64,000 nt of DNA from a virus (Duplodnaviria > Caudoviricetes). The notes below the pieces were generated by a model. That model had not been told where the DNA came from, ran no database searches, and saw only the letters and a list, made by a program, of their open reading frames with translations. This document shows, in pieces, positions 9,476 to 16,945 of this stretch. How positions within the stretch are numbered: position 1 is the first letter of the stretch; each line of letters opens with the position of its first letter. The translations under genes were made by a program, and so were the position numbers. The stretch lies in IMG/VR virus record IMGVR_UViG_3300010429_001449; one strand, written 5' to 3'.

Positions 9476-10206
9476 GGAAGTTTTATGATGAGTTTCGGGT
9501 TGAACCGGTCGTTGACGGTATGTCCATAGTAACCAAAAGGATTGCACACAACGCGGGTGTTTCCCATTGTGTAATCGCAACTGGAATGAGTGTGTCCGTG
9601 AATCCAGAACATCGGCTGTCTGTCTGCGATAAGTTTCTCCATGTCGCAGAGAAAGAAACAGTTGGTCATACTGTTCTTGAAATATGGAGCAATGCTCTGC
9701 CGCGCCGGAAGATGATGCGTGACAACAATGGTTTTGTCGTCAACAACGTCGTCCAAAAAGGCGATGGCACGCCTATTGTCATCCTCAACCTCGTGCGTGA
9801 AATTGCTGATTTCCGAGAAATCGGCGATATGGTCGCGGAGCGTGGCGCACTGATATGTCCAACGGAACCAGAGAGGCGTTCCGGCGAACTTGTAACCGCC
9901 TATGTCTATGTCAACCGTCGTGTTGTCCAGCACGGTCAATCTTGGACACGCAGCCGCAGTATCACGCAGCGTAGCGCGAACACGAGAAAAGCTGGAAGAA
10001 TAAAAGTCGTGGTTGCCAGGCACATACAAAACGCGAGGGTACCGCGTACAAAGCAGTTCCAAAGAAATGCCTATGCCGCCGGAAACGTGATTGTCCCCCG
10101 CCACGACCAGAAGGTCTACGCCATCTGGATCAAGGCTCTTAACGAACTCAAGTCCCATATCGGGATAGAACTCGAAGTGAAGATCGGACAAGACTTGAAT
10201 GTTCAC
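9472..10206 (-). CDS. Metallophosphoesterase (calcineurin-like)
   Basis: SDLH, AGD, GNHD, THH, GHTH motifs. Confidence 0.92.
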   Translation of the reverse strand: MNIQVLSDLHFEFYPDMGLEFVKSLDPDGVDLLVVAGDNHVSGGIGISLELLCTRYPRVLYVPGNHDFYSSSFSRVRATLRDTAAACPRLTVLDNTTVDIDIGGYKFAGTPLWFRWTYQCATLRDHIADFSEISNFTHEVEDDNRRAIAFLDDVVDDKTIVVTHHLPARQSIAPYFKNSMTNCFFLCDMEKLIADRQPMFWIHGHTHSSCDYTMGNTRVVCNPFGYYGHTVNDRFNPKLIIKLP

Positions 10207-10239
10207 GGCGACGCTTTCTCCGAGACAGATTCCTACCAG

Positions 10240-10485
10240 CTACGACCCCTTCTTCACGCCAAAGTCTGCGTTGGCGATCCGCCGCGCATCCAGTACGAGC
10301 GCCATTCCGTCCTTCTCAAGCACGAAAGCATCTGGCTGATGTTCGGAGCAAAAATGATGGTCTTTCGACGTTCTCCAAGGAAGGCGCAAATGCTCCGGCC
10401 TCTCGCCCCGCGTGTCAAGCACCTTCCCGCACACGCTGCAGAGAATTTCGTGGTAGAGTGTGCCACGGTAACTGCGAATACTCAC
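10240..10485 (-). CDS. Hypothetical protein
   Basis: Translationally coupled to the upstream ORF; CSVC..C..H. Confidence 0.55.
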   Translation of the reverse strand: MSIRSYRGTLYHEILCSVCGKVLDTRGERPEHLRLPWRTSKDHHFCSEHQPDAFVLEKDGMALVLDARRIANADFGVKKGS

Positions 10486-10724
10486 ATCGACTCCTTGTCC
10501 GCGATGGGCGGAAGTGTATGCTTGTTCTTGATGGTGATATTCACTACGTTCCCAGCAGAATCTCTGTCCACTACGCCCACAACAGGTGTTTTGGTTCCGT
10601 CTGGAAGCACTAGGATCAACTGAACCGTCTCACCGAGATTCTTGAAAGCGTCCGGCGGAAAGCAATCGCCGTTCCTGTTTACAACGCCTGTTCTCAGAAC
10701 AACGGCCTTCTGCTCGCAGTCCAT
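10482..10724 (-). CDS. Hypothetical protein
   Basis: ATG at 10724 with AGGAG RBS. Confidence 0.55.
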   Translation of the reverse strand: MDCEQKAVVLRTGVVNRNGDCFPPDAFKNLGETVQLILVLPDGTKTPVVGVVDRDSAGNVVNITIKNKHTLPPIADKESM

Positions 10725-10734
10725 CTTAAAACTC

Positions 10735-10998
10735 CTAACCAACGAAGACGTGCCACGCATCGCCAAGCATAACAGTCCCTACAAACTCACCACGATTCGC
10801 CACCAATACGCCGTCGTTCCTTACAATCGACACAATGCGCGTTACTTTGTGCAACGTCTCCGCGTCCGCCTCAAGCCACAACCAGATTGAGCCGTTGATG
10901 CCGATGACGGAAAGCGCCTTCGCGCCGTTCGGCACGTCGATGGGGCCTTGAATCCCTCTCAGGTGCGTAATGTCAACCTTCACGATACGGCGGGCCAT
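10735..10998 (-). CDS. Hypothetical protein
   Basis: GGAGG RBS, 87 aa. Confidence 0.7.
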   Translation of the reverse strand: MARRIVKVDITHLRGIQGPIDVPNGAKALSVIGINGSIWLWLEADAETLHKVTRIVSIVRNDGVLVANRGEFVGTVMLGDAWHVFVG

Positions 10999-11015
10999 AA
11001 CGACCTCCTAAAAGA

Positions 11016-11090
11016 TGGTGTTCCGGCTTGGATTCGCACCAAGAACCTGCCCCTTATAAGGAGGCTGCTCTACTCTTGAGCTACCGGAAC
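11016..11090 (-). tRNA. tRNA-Ile(TAT)
   Basis: GTTCCGG/CCGGAAC acceptor, loop CT-TAT-AA, T loop TGCGAAT, CCA. Confidence 0.9.
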
Positions 11091-11094
11091 ATTG

Positions 11095-11168
11095 TGGTGG
11101 CCCCGCCCGGAATCGCGCCGGGACATCCGCCTTATCGGGACGGCGCTCTACTATTGAGCTACAGGGCC
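11095..11168 (-). tRNA. tRNA-Ile(GAT), C33 and atypical T loop
   Basis: GGCCCTG/CGGGGCC acceptor, loop CC-GAT-AA, T loop CGCGATT, CCA. Confidence 0.88.
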
Positions 11169-11174
11169 ACGGTA

Positions 11175-11534
11175 TCAGTCAACGACCACGACCTTCTTGC
11201 CGCGAAACAGAGCTTTCTTAACCGTGTCTTCCGTACCGCCTTCGCGGCTCGGGTGAACACAGGCTATCAGAACGTCGGCGTCGTCGGCAATATCTGTGTT
11301 CCTGACAAACGCCGCGCCTTTGCCGAAACCTTCCCAGTCGGGGTAATGAATCGTTATGGTCGCGCCGAACTTCTTGGCGAGCCGCTGTGCAAAACGGTCG
11401 CCGCCCAGAGCGCATCCGCCAGACACGATTCTGTCGCCAGGCTGAAACTCCACCAAAAACGCCGCCTTGACCGCGAGATAATCTTTCTCACTGTCGCGGC
11501 TTCTGGCTCCTACAATGCCGATGACTTTACCCAC
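11175..11534 (-). CDS. SLOG-superfamily protein (DUF2493/DprA-like)
   Basis: IGIVGAR...IVSGGCALGGD...AAFVRN...GGT motifs; start uncertain. Confidence 0.78.
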   Translation of the reverse strand: MGKVIGIVGARSRDSEKDYLAVKAAFLVEFQPGDRIVSGGCALGGDRFAQRLAKKFGATITIHYPDWEGFGKGAAFVRNTDIADDADVLIACVHPSREGGTEDTVKKALFRGKKVVVVD

Positions 11535-11778
11535 CGTTTTTTTCTCCGCATCCGATCCTCTGCAGAACACCTTTGAGAAACGGGGGCGTCAACAAGCTCT
11601 CGCACTCAAGATCGCGCACCGCGCTCGACAGGATATGCGAAATCTCCCGAGGGCTGTAACCCTTCTTGAGATAATCCGCGAAGATCGGCGCGAGGGCGCG
11701 GAACGCCGCCACTTCGAGCGAATCGGCGTCGCTCGTGTAACGATGGTCTTTGTCGAACAAACTTTTCCGCATCTTCAT
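11527..11778 (-). CDS. Hypothetical protein
   Basis: 83-aa ORF with GAGG RBS between tRNA-Arg and the SLOG gene. Confidence 0.6.
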   Translation of the reverse strand: MKMRKSLFDKDHRYTSDADSLEVAAFRALAPIFADYLKKGYSPREISHILSSAVRDLECESLLTPPFLKGVLQRIGCGEKNGG

Positions 11779-11795
11779 CTCAACCTCGCAAAGAG

Positions 11796-11872
11796 TGGCA
11801 CCCCCGGAAGGACTTGCACCCTCAGTATCTCGGGTAGAAACCGAGTGCCTTATCTGGTTGGGCTACGGGGGC
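11796..11872 (-). tRNA. tRNA-Arg(TCT)
   Basis: GCCCCCG/CGGGGGT acceptor, loop TT-TCT-AC, T loop TGCAAGT, CCA. Confidence 0.9.
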
Positions 11873-11885
11873 TACTGCTGCACCT

Positions 11886-11913
11886 AGTATAACAGCGTTG
11901 GGGGAAATGTCAA
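11886..11913 (-). promoter_or_regulatory. Conserved phage promoter
   Basis: TTGACA-N16-TATACT. Confidence 0.85.
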
Positions 11914-11918
11914 GGCTT

Positions 11919-11954
11919 AAAAAGAATAGGGCCGAAAGATTCTTCCGGCCCTAT
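11919..11954 (-). terminator. Intrinsic terminator closing the Y-RNA operon
   Basis: ATAGGGCCG...CGGCCCTAT hairpin followed by TCTTTTT. Confidence 0.8.
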
Positions 11955-11968
11955 CTTGAGTAAGTGTC

Positions 11969-12037
11969 GGGTTGACGAGGGACGGTCAAGAGTGGTTCAT
12001 GGTTATCATTCATGTACTCCTGACCAGCATTCAACCC
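11969..12037 (-). ncRNA. Y-RNA-like unit Y1 (minimal, no tRNA module)
   Basis: GGGTTGAATGC...TACATG...CTCGTCAACCC. Confidence 0.8.
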
Positions 12038-12044
12038 AAAGAGA

Positions 12045-12169
12045 TTGGTTGACGAGGGGCGCACGAGAGATTAGCAGGATTCGCACCTGCAATTCCCCGA
12101 AGGGAAACTTGCTTGTTAGGCAAGCGCGTTTGCTTTTTCGCCATGTACTCCCGTACTGCATTCAACCAA
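12045..12169 (-). ncRNA. Y-RNA-like unit Y2 (D, anticodon AAC, long variable and T arms; Ro stem replaces the acceptor stem)
   Basis: GGTTGAATGC...TACATG; CTTGC-CTAACAA-GCAAG; GCAGG-TGCGAAT-CCTGC; CTCGTCAACC. Confidence 0.82.
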
Positions 12170-12179
12170 AAAGAGGCGA

Positions 12180-12382
12180 GAGGCCGACGAGGGATGCGGA
12201 GTCTAGTTTTCGCGCTCTGCCGCTGAGCTACCCGCCCGAAGAACCCCGCCAGAGGCCCCTACCAGTCGCACACTTGCGGCTGATGTTCGGCGTCCGTTGG
12301 GGAGGAATTGGTGGGCGGGGCAGGAGTCGAACCTGCGACCTCGGCTTCCAATTAGCATGTAAACCCCACTGCATTCGACCTC
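12180..12382 (-). ncRNA. Y-RNA-like unit Y3 (YrlA-type T-acceptor-D order, internal CCA, 71-nt linker)
   Basis: GGTCGAATGC; GCAGG-TTCGACT-CCTGC; CCCGCCC-A-CCA; GGGCGGG-TA-GCTC..GAGC; CTCGTCGGCC. Confidence 0.88.
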
Positions 12383-12404
12383 AAAAATTCGCGGAAAGAA
12401 AGCA

Positions 12405-12557
12405 CAGTCGACGAGGAAATGAGAGACTTGGTTTTTGCTACGCTCCCATAGTGGCGACCGCCGGATTTCCCCGACAGGTCGCCGTTGGTGGGAGCGGCTC
12501 TTTCGAGCATCTACAGATTTACGGTCTGTTGCATGTAATCCCTCTGGCATTCGACTG
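12405..12557 (-). ncRNA. Y-RNA-like unit Y4 (anticodon GTA arm, mini T arm, acceptor with internal CCA; Ro stem at the D arm)
   Basis: AGTCGAATGC; ACAGA-CCGTAAA-TCTGT; CGCTCCC-A-CCA...GGGAGCG; CTCGTCGACT. Confidence 0.8.
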
Positions 12558-12596
12558 AGTTCTCTCTTGCGGAGCCGTAGCCCCGCGAAAAGGATT

Positions 12597-12720
12597 TGGC
12601 TGACGAAGGTGAAGAAACTTTACCGCTTTCGCGGATGGCGGGAATCGCACCCGCAACGTTCTGTTTACGAGACAGATGCTCTGCTATTGAGCTACATGTA
12701 GTTCCTTCGGCATTCAGCCA
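12597..12720 (-). ncRNA. Y-RNA-like unit Y5 (D, anticodon CGT and T arms; Ro stem replaces the acceptor stem)
   Basis: GGCTGAATGC; TAGCTC-AATAGCA-GAGC; TCTGT-CTCGTAA-ACAGA; GCGGG-TGCGATT-CCCGC; TTCGTCAGCC. Confidence 0.85.
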
Positions 12721-12733
12721 AAAAGAGGAAAGA

Positions 12734-12871
12734 GACCGACGAGGGTTTTGCAAGTCGTATGTGTTTGACCGCCGCTCTACTACCTGAGCTACTCCCGGCT
12801 TGCGCCAGAGGGCAGGACTTGCACCTGCGACCAGCGGTTGCGATAACATGTAGACCTACAAGCATTCGGTC
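12734..12871 (-). ncRNA. Y-RNA-like unit Y6 (classical YrlA layout, acceptor stem closed by a GCAA loop)
   Basis: GACCGAATGC; GCAGG-TGCAAGT-CCTGC; CTCTGGC-GCAA-GCCGGGAG; GCTC..GAGC; CTCGTCGGTC. Confidence 0.88.
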
Positions 12872-12888
12872 CCCTTTGTTACAGAAGA

Positions 12889-13008
12889 AGGCTGACGAGG
12901 TATTTGAAGAGACAACTTCAAGCGCCGAAGCGCTTGTTGTAGGGGTCGAACCTACTATCGAGGCTTGCGCCTTGATGGTATCCATGTAGTCCCTTCGGCA
13001 TTCAGCCT
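12889..13008 (-). ncRNA. Y-RNA-like unit Y7 (T arm flanked by GCAA and TTCG hairpins)
   Basis: GGCTGAATGC...TACATG; GTAGG-TTCGACC-CCTAC; CTCGTCAGCC. Confidence 0.82.
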
Positions 13009-13017
13009 AAAGAGATC

Positions 13018-13142
13018 GGGCTGACGAGAAATGACCGCGACGTTCAGAGTATTAGTCTGTTGCCTAGCTATTAGGCTACGTTTCCTTTGGTGGAAATGAT
13101 GGGAGTTGCACCCATAATGTAGTCGCAATCGGCATTCAGCCC
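13018..13142 (-). ncRNA. Y-RNA-like unit Y8 (complete permuted tRNA: T, acceptor-CCA, D, anticodon AAT; Ro stem at the variable loop)
   Basis: GGGCTGAATGC; ATGGG-TGCAACT-CCCAT; CATTTCC-A-CCA-AA-GGAAACG; GCCT..AGGC; CAGA-CTAATAC-TCTG; CTCGTCAGCCC. Confidence 0.85.
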
Positions 13143-13152
13143 AAAGTTGTTA

Positions 13153-13292
13153 GCGGCTGGCCGGGATTCAGGGGACGAGCAATTCAGTTCTCGCCACGGG
13201 GTTTTGTACGTTCATTCATTAAACCCGCTGCTCCCTGTCCCAACGCGCTTCTAAGCTTTCGCTCGCCGCTACTTGCTCCACGCTGCAGCCGC
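13153..13292 (-). ncRNA. Putative structured RNA heading the Y-RNA operon
   Basis: Terminal GCGGCTG/CAGCCGC stem; no ORF; ends resemble the element at 52307-52410. Confidence 0.5.
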
Positions 13293-13304
13293 ATTCAATC
13301 TAGC

Positions 13305-13317
13305 GATGTCAAAGAAC
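13305..13317 (-). promoter_or_regulatory. boxA-like antitermination element
   Basis: GTTCTTTGACATC just downstream of the promoter; similar sites precede the two other large ncRNA operons. Confidence 0.6.
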
Positions 13318-13348
13318 AGCACGGCGTCGCTTGCTAGGCGATACCCTT

Positions 13349-13376
13349 AGTATAACAGAACCAAGGGGAATGTCAA
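13349..13376 (-). promoter_or_regulatory. Promoter of the Y-RNA operon
   Basis: TTGACA-N16-TATACT. Confidence 0.85.
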
Positions 13377-13484
13377 GGCTTTTTCACAAAAAAATCCCGA
13401 AGTTCGTCGACTCTGAGCAAAATATTATGCTTAAAAGTGCGCGAAACTTCACACAGATTTAAGCATAATTTTTTGCCCGGAGTC

Positions 13485-13521
13485 AAAAGCGGAAGGGGCG
13501 GGGGCTGCCTGCCCCTTCCGC
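13485..13521 (-). terminator. Intrinsic terminator after the Ro60 gene
   Basis: GCGGAAGGGGC/GCCCCTTCCGC stem then TTTT. Confidence 0.7.
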
Positions 13522-13531
13522 GAGCGTCCGA

Positions 13532-15304
13532 TTACTCGGACGCTTCTTCTGCTTCATCGGGCGCTGCGTCGCTTGCGCTCTTGCAAGCGGCGGCCAGATC
13601 GATGGCTTCGATCTCGCGCACCCACACGGATACGTCCTTCTCCGGCTTTGCCGTCGCCGTCTTCGTCTCCGTGCCCGGCTTTACGCCGTTGTTCAAGAAG
13701 TCGATGATGACCGACCATACAGCGTTGGACCATCCGCCGATGTTCAGAATATCGGCGTCGCCTTCCGGAGCCTGCGTACTGTCGTTGGCCGCAAGGTCCA
13801 AACAGACCATCCGTGCGCCTGGACAACGCGACCGCAGCGCATTGAACTGCGCCATGAGTTCCGTGCCGCCATTACGCACGGTACGTCCCCTAGAATCAAC
13901 CCACGACTCGTTGTCAGAAATGATGACAACGCGATTGATCTTCTGTTGCGCACGGTTGACCCGCGCCAGCGGAGCCGAAATGCACGTTCCGCCCCCACCG
14001 GCGTGTCGGATCGCATTAGTAAGCGTCAGAATCGAGTCCCTACGCTCCAACTTGACAGGAAGCACGTCGTTGGCGAACGGCATTACGGTCGATCCCATGT
14101 TCCTCTTGTAGAGGATGGCTGCCAGCAGCGAGGAAATGTCCGCGCACGTAGCCTTCGTCGTGGCCGAGCCACGGTAGCCGGTTACTGGCGCGTCCATCGA
14201 TCCCGACAGGTCTGGCGCAATCAGCAGAGCGCCGTCGATGCCGATCATGTTGCTCGTTGCGAGGTCCATCGCGTCGTGCAGTGCGTCCCGAATAGCTTCC
14301 GGAACTTCGGTGTGGACGAAATCGTAAGCCGTCTTGATCTCGTACGGGAAGGGCTTGACCCTTTCCTGAATCTCCTCCTTGTCCCGGAGCTTCTCCGCGA
14401 TGGCCTTGACAGCCTTCTCATTGCTGAACACGCCTTGACGCTTGTACGTATTCAGATTCTTGAGGGTCTGTCTCCAGCCGCCGCGCAGCGCAAGCTGCCG
14501 CCAATGCTCTTCCTTCAGAGGAAGCGACGACAGGAACTCCCAACGCACTCCCTTCGGAAGCGGGGCCGACTCACCCGCCAGCAATGCGGCCTTGAACGTC
14601 TCGTAGTCGCGGATGCACTTCGGCAGCTTGTCCCAGTCGGGAGCAAGCTCCGGGCGATTCGCGCAGAGCGCCTTGGCCTCACCGAGGGTGCGTGGGCACT
14701 TGCCGATCAAGTAGGCGAAGATAGCCCGTTCCTCTGCCGTGCGCGGCGTCGGGTGAACCATCTTGATTACGTCCGACAGGCTCACCGTGCCTTTGGCCGA
14801 TCCACCGACAGAGTCGCCGAAAAGCTGATCACCCGTGCGGCTCCGCAGCCAGTCACGAATGGCCTTCTTCGGAACCGCGCCAAGCGACTTCCGACCGACC
14901 GCACCGCTACGCATAATTTGCGTGAAGCCGAGCAGCATCTTGCCGTTCGTCACGACGCGACCGAAAGCGCGATTGAACCACGAACGACCGTCTGCGTCCC
15001 GCGAAGTCAGATGGGCAAGCAGGAGCGCCGGAGCGTCCTTCATTCCACCGTTTTCACGAGCGTACACAGCCGTCTTGGCAACGTATTCGGGCGTGTTGAC
15101 CGCAGCCAGGGCCAGCATCTTGGCCAGTTCGTTTTCTCCGCTCTGATAGAACGTTCCGCCCTCCGGAAGCGTTCCAGTCATGGCGAACTGGGCGAGCGCG
15201 TGCTTGTCCGTGAACTTGTAAGCCACTCCCCCTGCTTCGTTGACCGTGTTGGTCGGAGGAGCCGTACGACCTCTCTGCGTCTTAAAAAGCTTCTTCGCTG
15301 GCAT
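13532..15304 (-). CDS. rsr: Ro60/TROVE domain RNA-binding protein (Rsr orthologue)
   Basis: NEAGG.AY...HALAQ...TG...TFY; A.YAR..GGMKD.PALL; RSG.VGRKSLG; D.IKMVHP; vWA DLSGSM, GGGT, IISDNESW. Confidence 0.95.
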   Translation of the reverse strand: MPAKKLFKTQRGRTAPPTNTVNEAGGVAYKFTDKHALAQFAMTGTLPEGGTFYQSGENELAKMLALAAVNTPEYVAKTAVYARENGGMKDAPALLLAHLTSRDADGRSWFNRAFGRVVTNGKMLLGFTQIMRSGAVGRKSLGAVPKKAIRDWLRSRTGDQLFGDSVGGSAKGTVSLSDVIKMVHPTPRTAEERAIFAYLIGKCPRTLGEAKALCANRPELAPDWDKLPKCIRDYETFKAALLAGESAPLPKGVRWEFLSSLPLKEEHWRQLALRGGWRQTLKNLNTYKRQGVFSNEKAVKAIAEKLRDKEEIQERVKPFPYEIKTAYDFVHTEVPEAIRDALHDAMDLATSNMIGIDGALLIAPDLSGSMDAPVTGYRGSATTKATCADISSLLAAILYKRNMGSTVMPFANDVLPVKLERRDSILTLTNAIRHAGGGGTCISAPLARVNRAQQKINRVVIISDNESWVDSRGRTVRNGGTELMAQFNALRSRCPGARMVCLDLAANDSTQAPEGDADILNIGGWSNAVWSVIIDFLNNGVKPGTETKTATAKPEKDVSVWVREIEAIDLAAACKSASDAAPDEAEEASE

Positions 15305-15382
15305 TTCATGCTCCTTTCTAAGGGAAAGCCTTAGCGAATTAGGAGCCGCCGCGTTGTGCGGCGTTCCATAAGCAACACCCTT

Positions 15383-15410
15383 AGTATAACGGAGCGTATA
15401 GAAATGTCAA
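15383..15410 (-). promoter_or_regulatory. Promoter of the Ro60 gene
   Basis: TTGACA-N16-TATACT. Confidence 0.85.
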
Positions 15411-15799
15411 GCGAATTATTGAGAATTTCTCGGATAGAGGGCGTCTAGGAGCCGGGCGGGACGACGTGGATTTCGGCTTCAATCGCGGCTTCGACTTCGA
15501 CCCACAGCAACCGTCCGACGACAGCGGCGGAGTACCCTTCCAGAATGTTGTTGACGATCAGTTCATCCACCAGAAAGGAGAGAACTGTTCTGTTTGCACC
15601 GCCGCCACGCGCAAAGGCTCCGCTGCCTACGCCTACGTTTCTCGTTGCAGATGTGAATGCCATTTCTCGACCCGTCCTTCGTTTCGTTTCAACACACGCG
15701 CCCGCAGGGGGCGCGAAAACAAACGATTAAAAGGCAATTGACCGCCTTTGCAACCTTCATAGCATCTGGTTTAACACACGGGGCGGCGGTTGTCAAGCA

Positions 15800-16030
15800 C
15801 TATAATTCAGCGTCTTGCCCGTTCAGAAGTTCCGCGATTACTTTTCGGCAAAGAACGCAGGTTATAGGCTTCTTGGCAGTGACACACTCAATACCCAGCG
15901 GCCACGACTGTCCGCAAGCAGTAGCAGCATAGACAGGTGTGATACCGTCGTGTACTTCCAGCCAAGCTACGTGTGTCTTAGACTTCGTCGGATTTCCCGG
16001 CGTTCCCTTCCTGACTATTAACAACGGCAT
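15800..16030 (-). CDS. Small Cys/His protein
   Basis: KSKTH...ACG...ITCVLC; similar to 16700-16945. Confidence 0.6.
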   Translation of the reverse strand: MPLLIVRKGTPGNPTKSKTHVAWLEVHDGITPVYAATACGQSWPLGIECVTAKKPITCVLCRKVIAELLNGQDAEL

Positions 16031-16703
16031 CGGTTGCTTCCTTTCTCTTTCTGTCTCGGTAGTCGTAGTACCTACTCAGTGCGCCGAGTTGGGCTATCCC
16101 ATCCATTTTGTAGGGCCACGTATGCCTTTCCCTGATGCGCTGCTCCAGAACATTGAAACCGGGCAGCCACGGCAAGGCCGCCTCGATTGTCGTGTGTGCA
16201 AAACGCCGCTTGTGCCACGCATCAGGCTCACTTAAGCAAACAGCGTCCCATGTATCTCCGCGCCTGCGCCACTGACGCTCCGTTAGATGCTCCGGCATAT
16301 CGGTGTTATCCCAGTAGCCGTACTCTTCAACGTAAGGAGCCAAGCCCACAATGTCAGGAGGTTCGCACACACTGGCGAAGATAGGCTGGATGTACCAGTG
16401 CCGTTTGTAAGGCCAAGCGTTGAAACAGGTATCAACATTGCCGGGATGGTGACACTGTTCGTGCGCGACAACGGCAAGGAAAAAGAAGTCGCAGAGCGCC
16501 AGGAATGGCGCTGCGTTTTCCTTCGATATACCTTCGGGAACGCGCTTCTCCCATCCCTCTGCCAACGAATCCGGCACCATTGCAGTAACGGCTTTGTCCA
16601 AGAAGGCTGTAACCGTATCGAACGCAGCGGCGTCGAACAAATCAGTGAACTCGCCGAGCTTGCTGTACGGGATACGATAGCCGTGATACATCTTCGTGCT
16701 CAC
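15978..16703 (-). CDS. Hypothetical protein (start near 16691-16703)
   Basis: Long ORF with a YWDNTD.P...W..R...W motif seen in phage proteins. Confidence 0.7.
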   Translation of the reverse strand: MSTKMYHGYRIPYSKLGEFTDLFDAAAFDTVTAFLDKAVTAMVPDSLAEGWEKRVPEGISKENAAPFLALCDFFFLAVVAHEQCHHPGNVDTCFNAWPYKRHWYIQPIFASVCEPPDIVGLAPYVEEYGYWDNTDMPEHLTERQWRRRGDTWDAVCLSEPDAWHKRRFAHTTIEAALPWLPGFNVLEQRIRERHTWPYKMDGIAQLGALSRYYDYRDRKRKEATDAVVNSQEGNAGKSDEV

Positions 16704-16945
16704 TCTTTCTCTCCGCACGCCAACGCCGTCTGCAGTTTTTCTATCTTTTCCCGCATCGCCTCGCGGCACCGTAAGCACGTAACATTCCCAGGCGTAATTA
16801 GTTGCGATTCGTCCGAATACCAGCAACGTCCGCAGAAAGTCATCCTAGAGCGAACACCTGTCGTGGTGTCCAAGCCAAATTGCTCGACGAAATGCGTTTT
16901 GCTTCCCGGCACGCGCTTACCATTACGAAGAGGTACTATCCGCAT
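16700..16945 (-). CDS. Small Cys/His protein
   Basis: GSKTH...FCG...VTCLRC. Confidence 0.6.
   Translation of the reverse strand: MRIVPLRNGKRVPGSKTHFVEQFGLDTTTGVRSRMTFCGRCWYSDESQLITPGNVTCLRCREAMREKIEKLQTALACGEKE

Noticed and set aside
11956-12989. ORFs overlapping the Y-RNA array (and those over the tRNA/tmRNA clusters at 34137-35484 and 37260-38080)
   Set aside because: They overlap clear RNA genes and lack RBS and protein-like motifs.
11969-13142. CRISPR array (repeat-spacer appearance, with TnpB/Cas12f-like genes in the window)
   Set aside because: The repeated parts are short complementary halves enclosing structured interiors of very different length, not identical direct repeats with uniform spacers. 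No cas1/cas2 is present, and the adjacent gene is Ro60.
12045-13142. Ordinary tRNA genes or tRNA pseudogenes (Thr-CGT, Val-AAC, Tyr-GTA, Ile-AAT)
   Set aside because: The arms are intact but permuted or lack an acceptor stem, and each set is enclosed by the same conserved stem, which argues against simple decay.
13946-15334. Long plus-strand ORFs (also 9469-10623, 58322-59632, 28928-29860 and others)
   Set aside because: Antisense shadows of well-supported minus-strand genes in GC-rich DNA, with no recognisable motifs or promoters.
15420-15800. ORFs 15445-15663 (-) and 15466-15741 (+)
   Set aside because: Mutually overlapping with no motif; I could not decide which, if either, is real.
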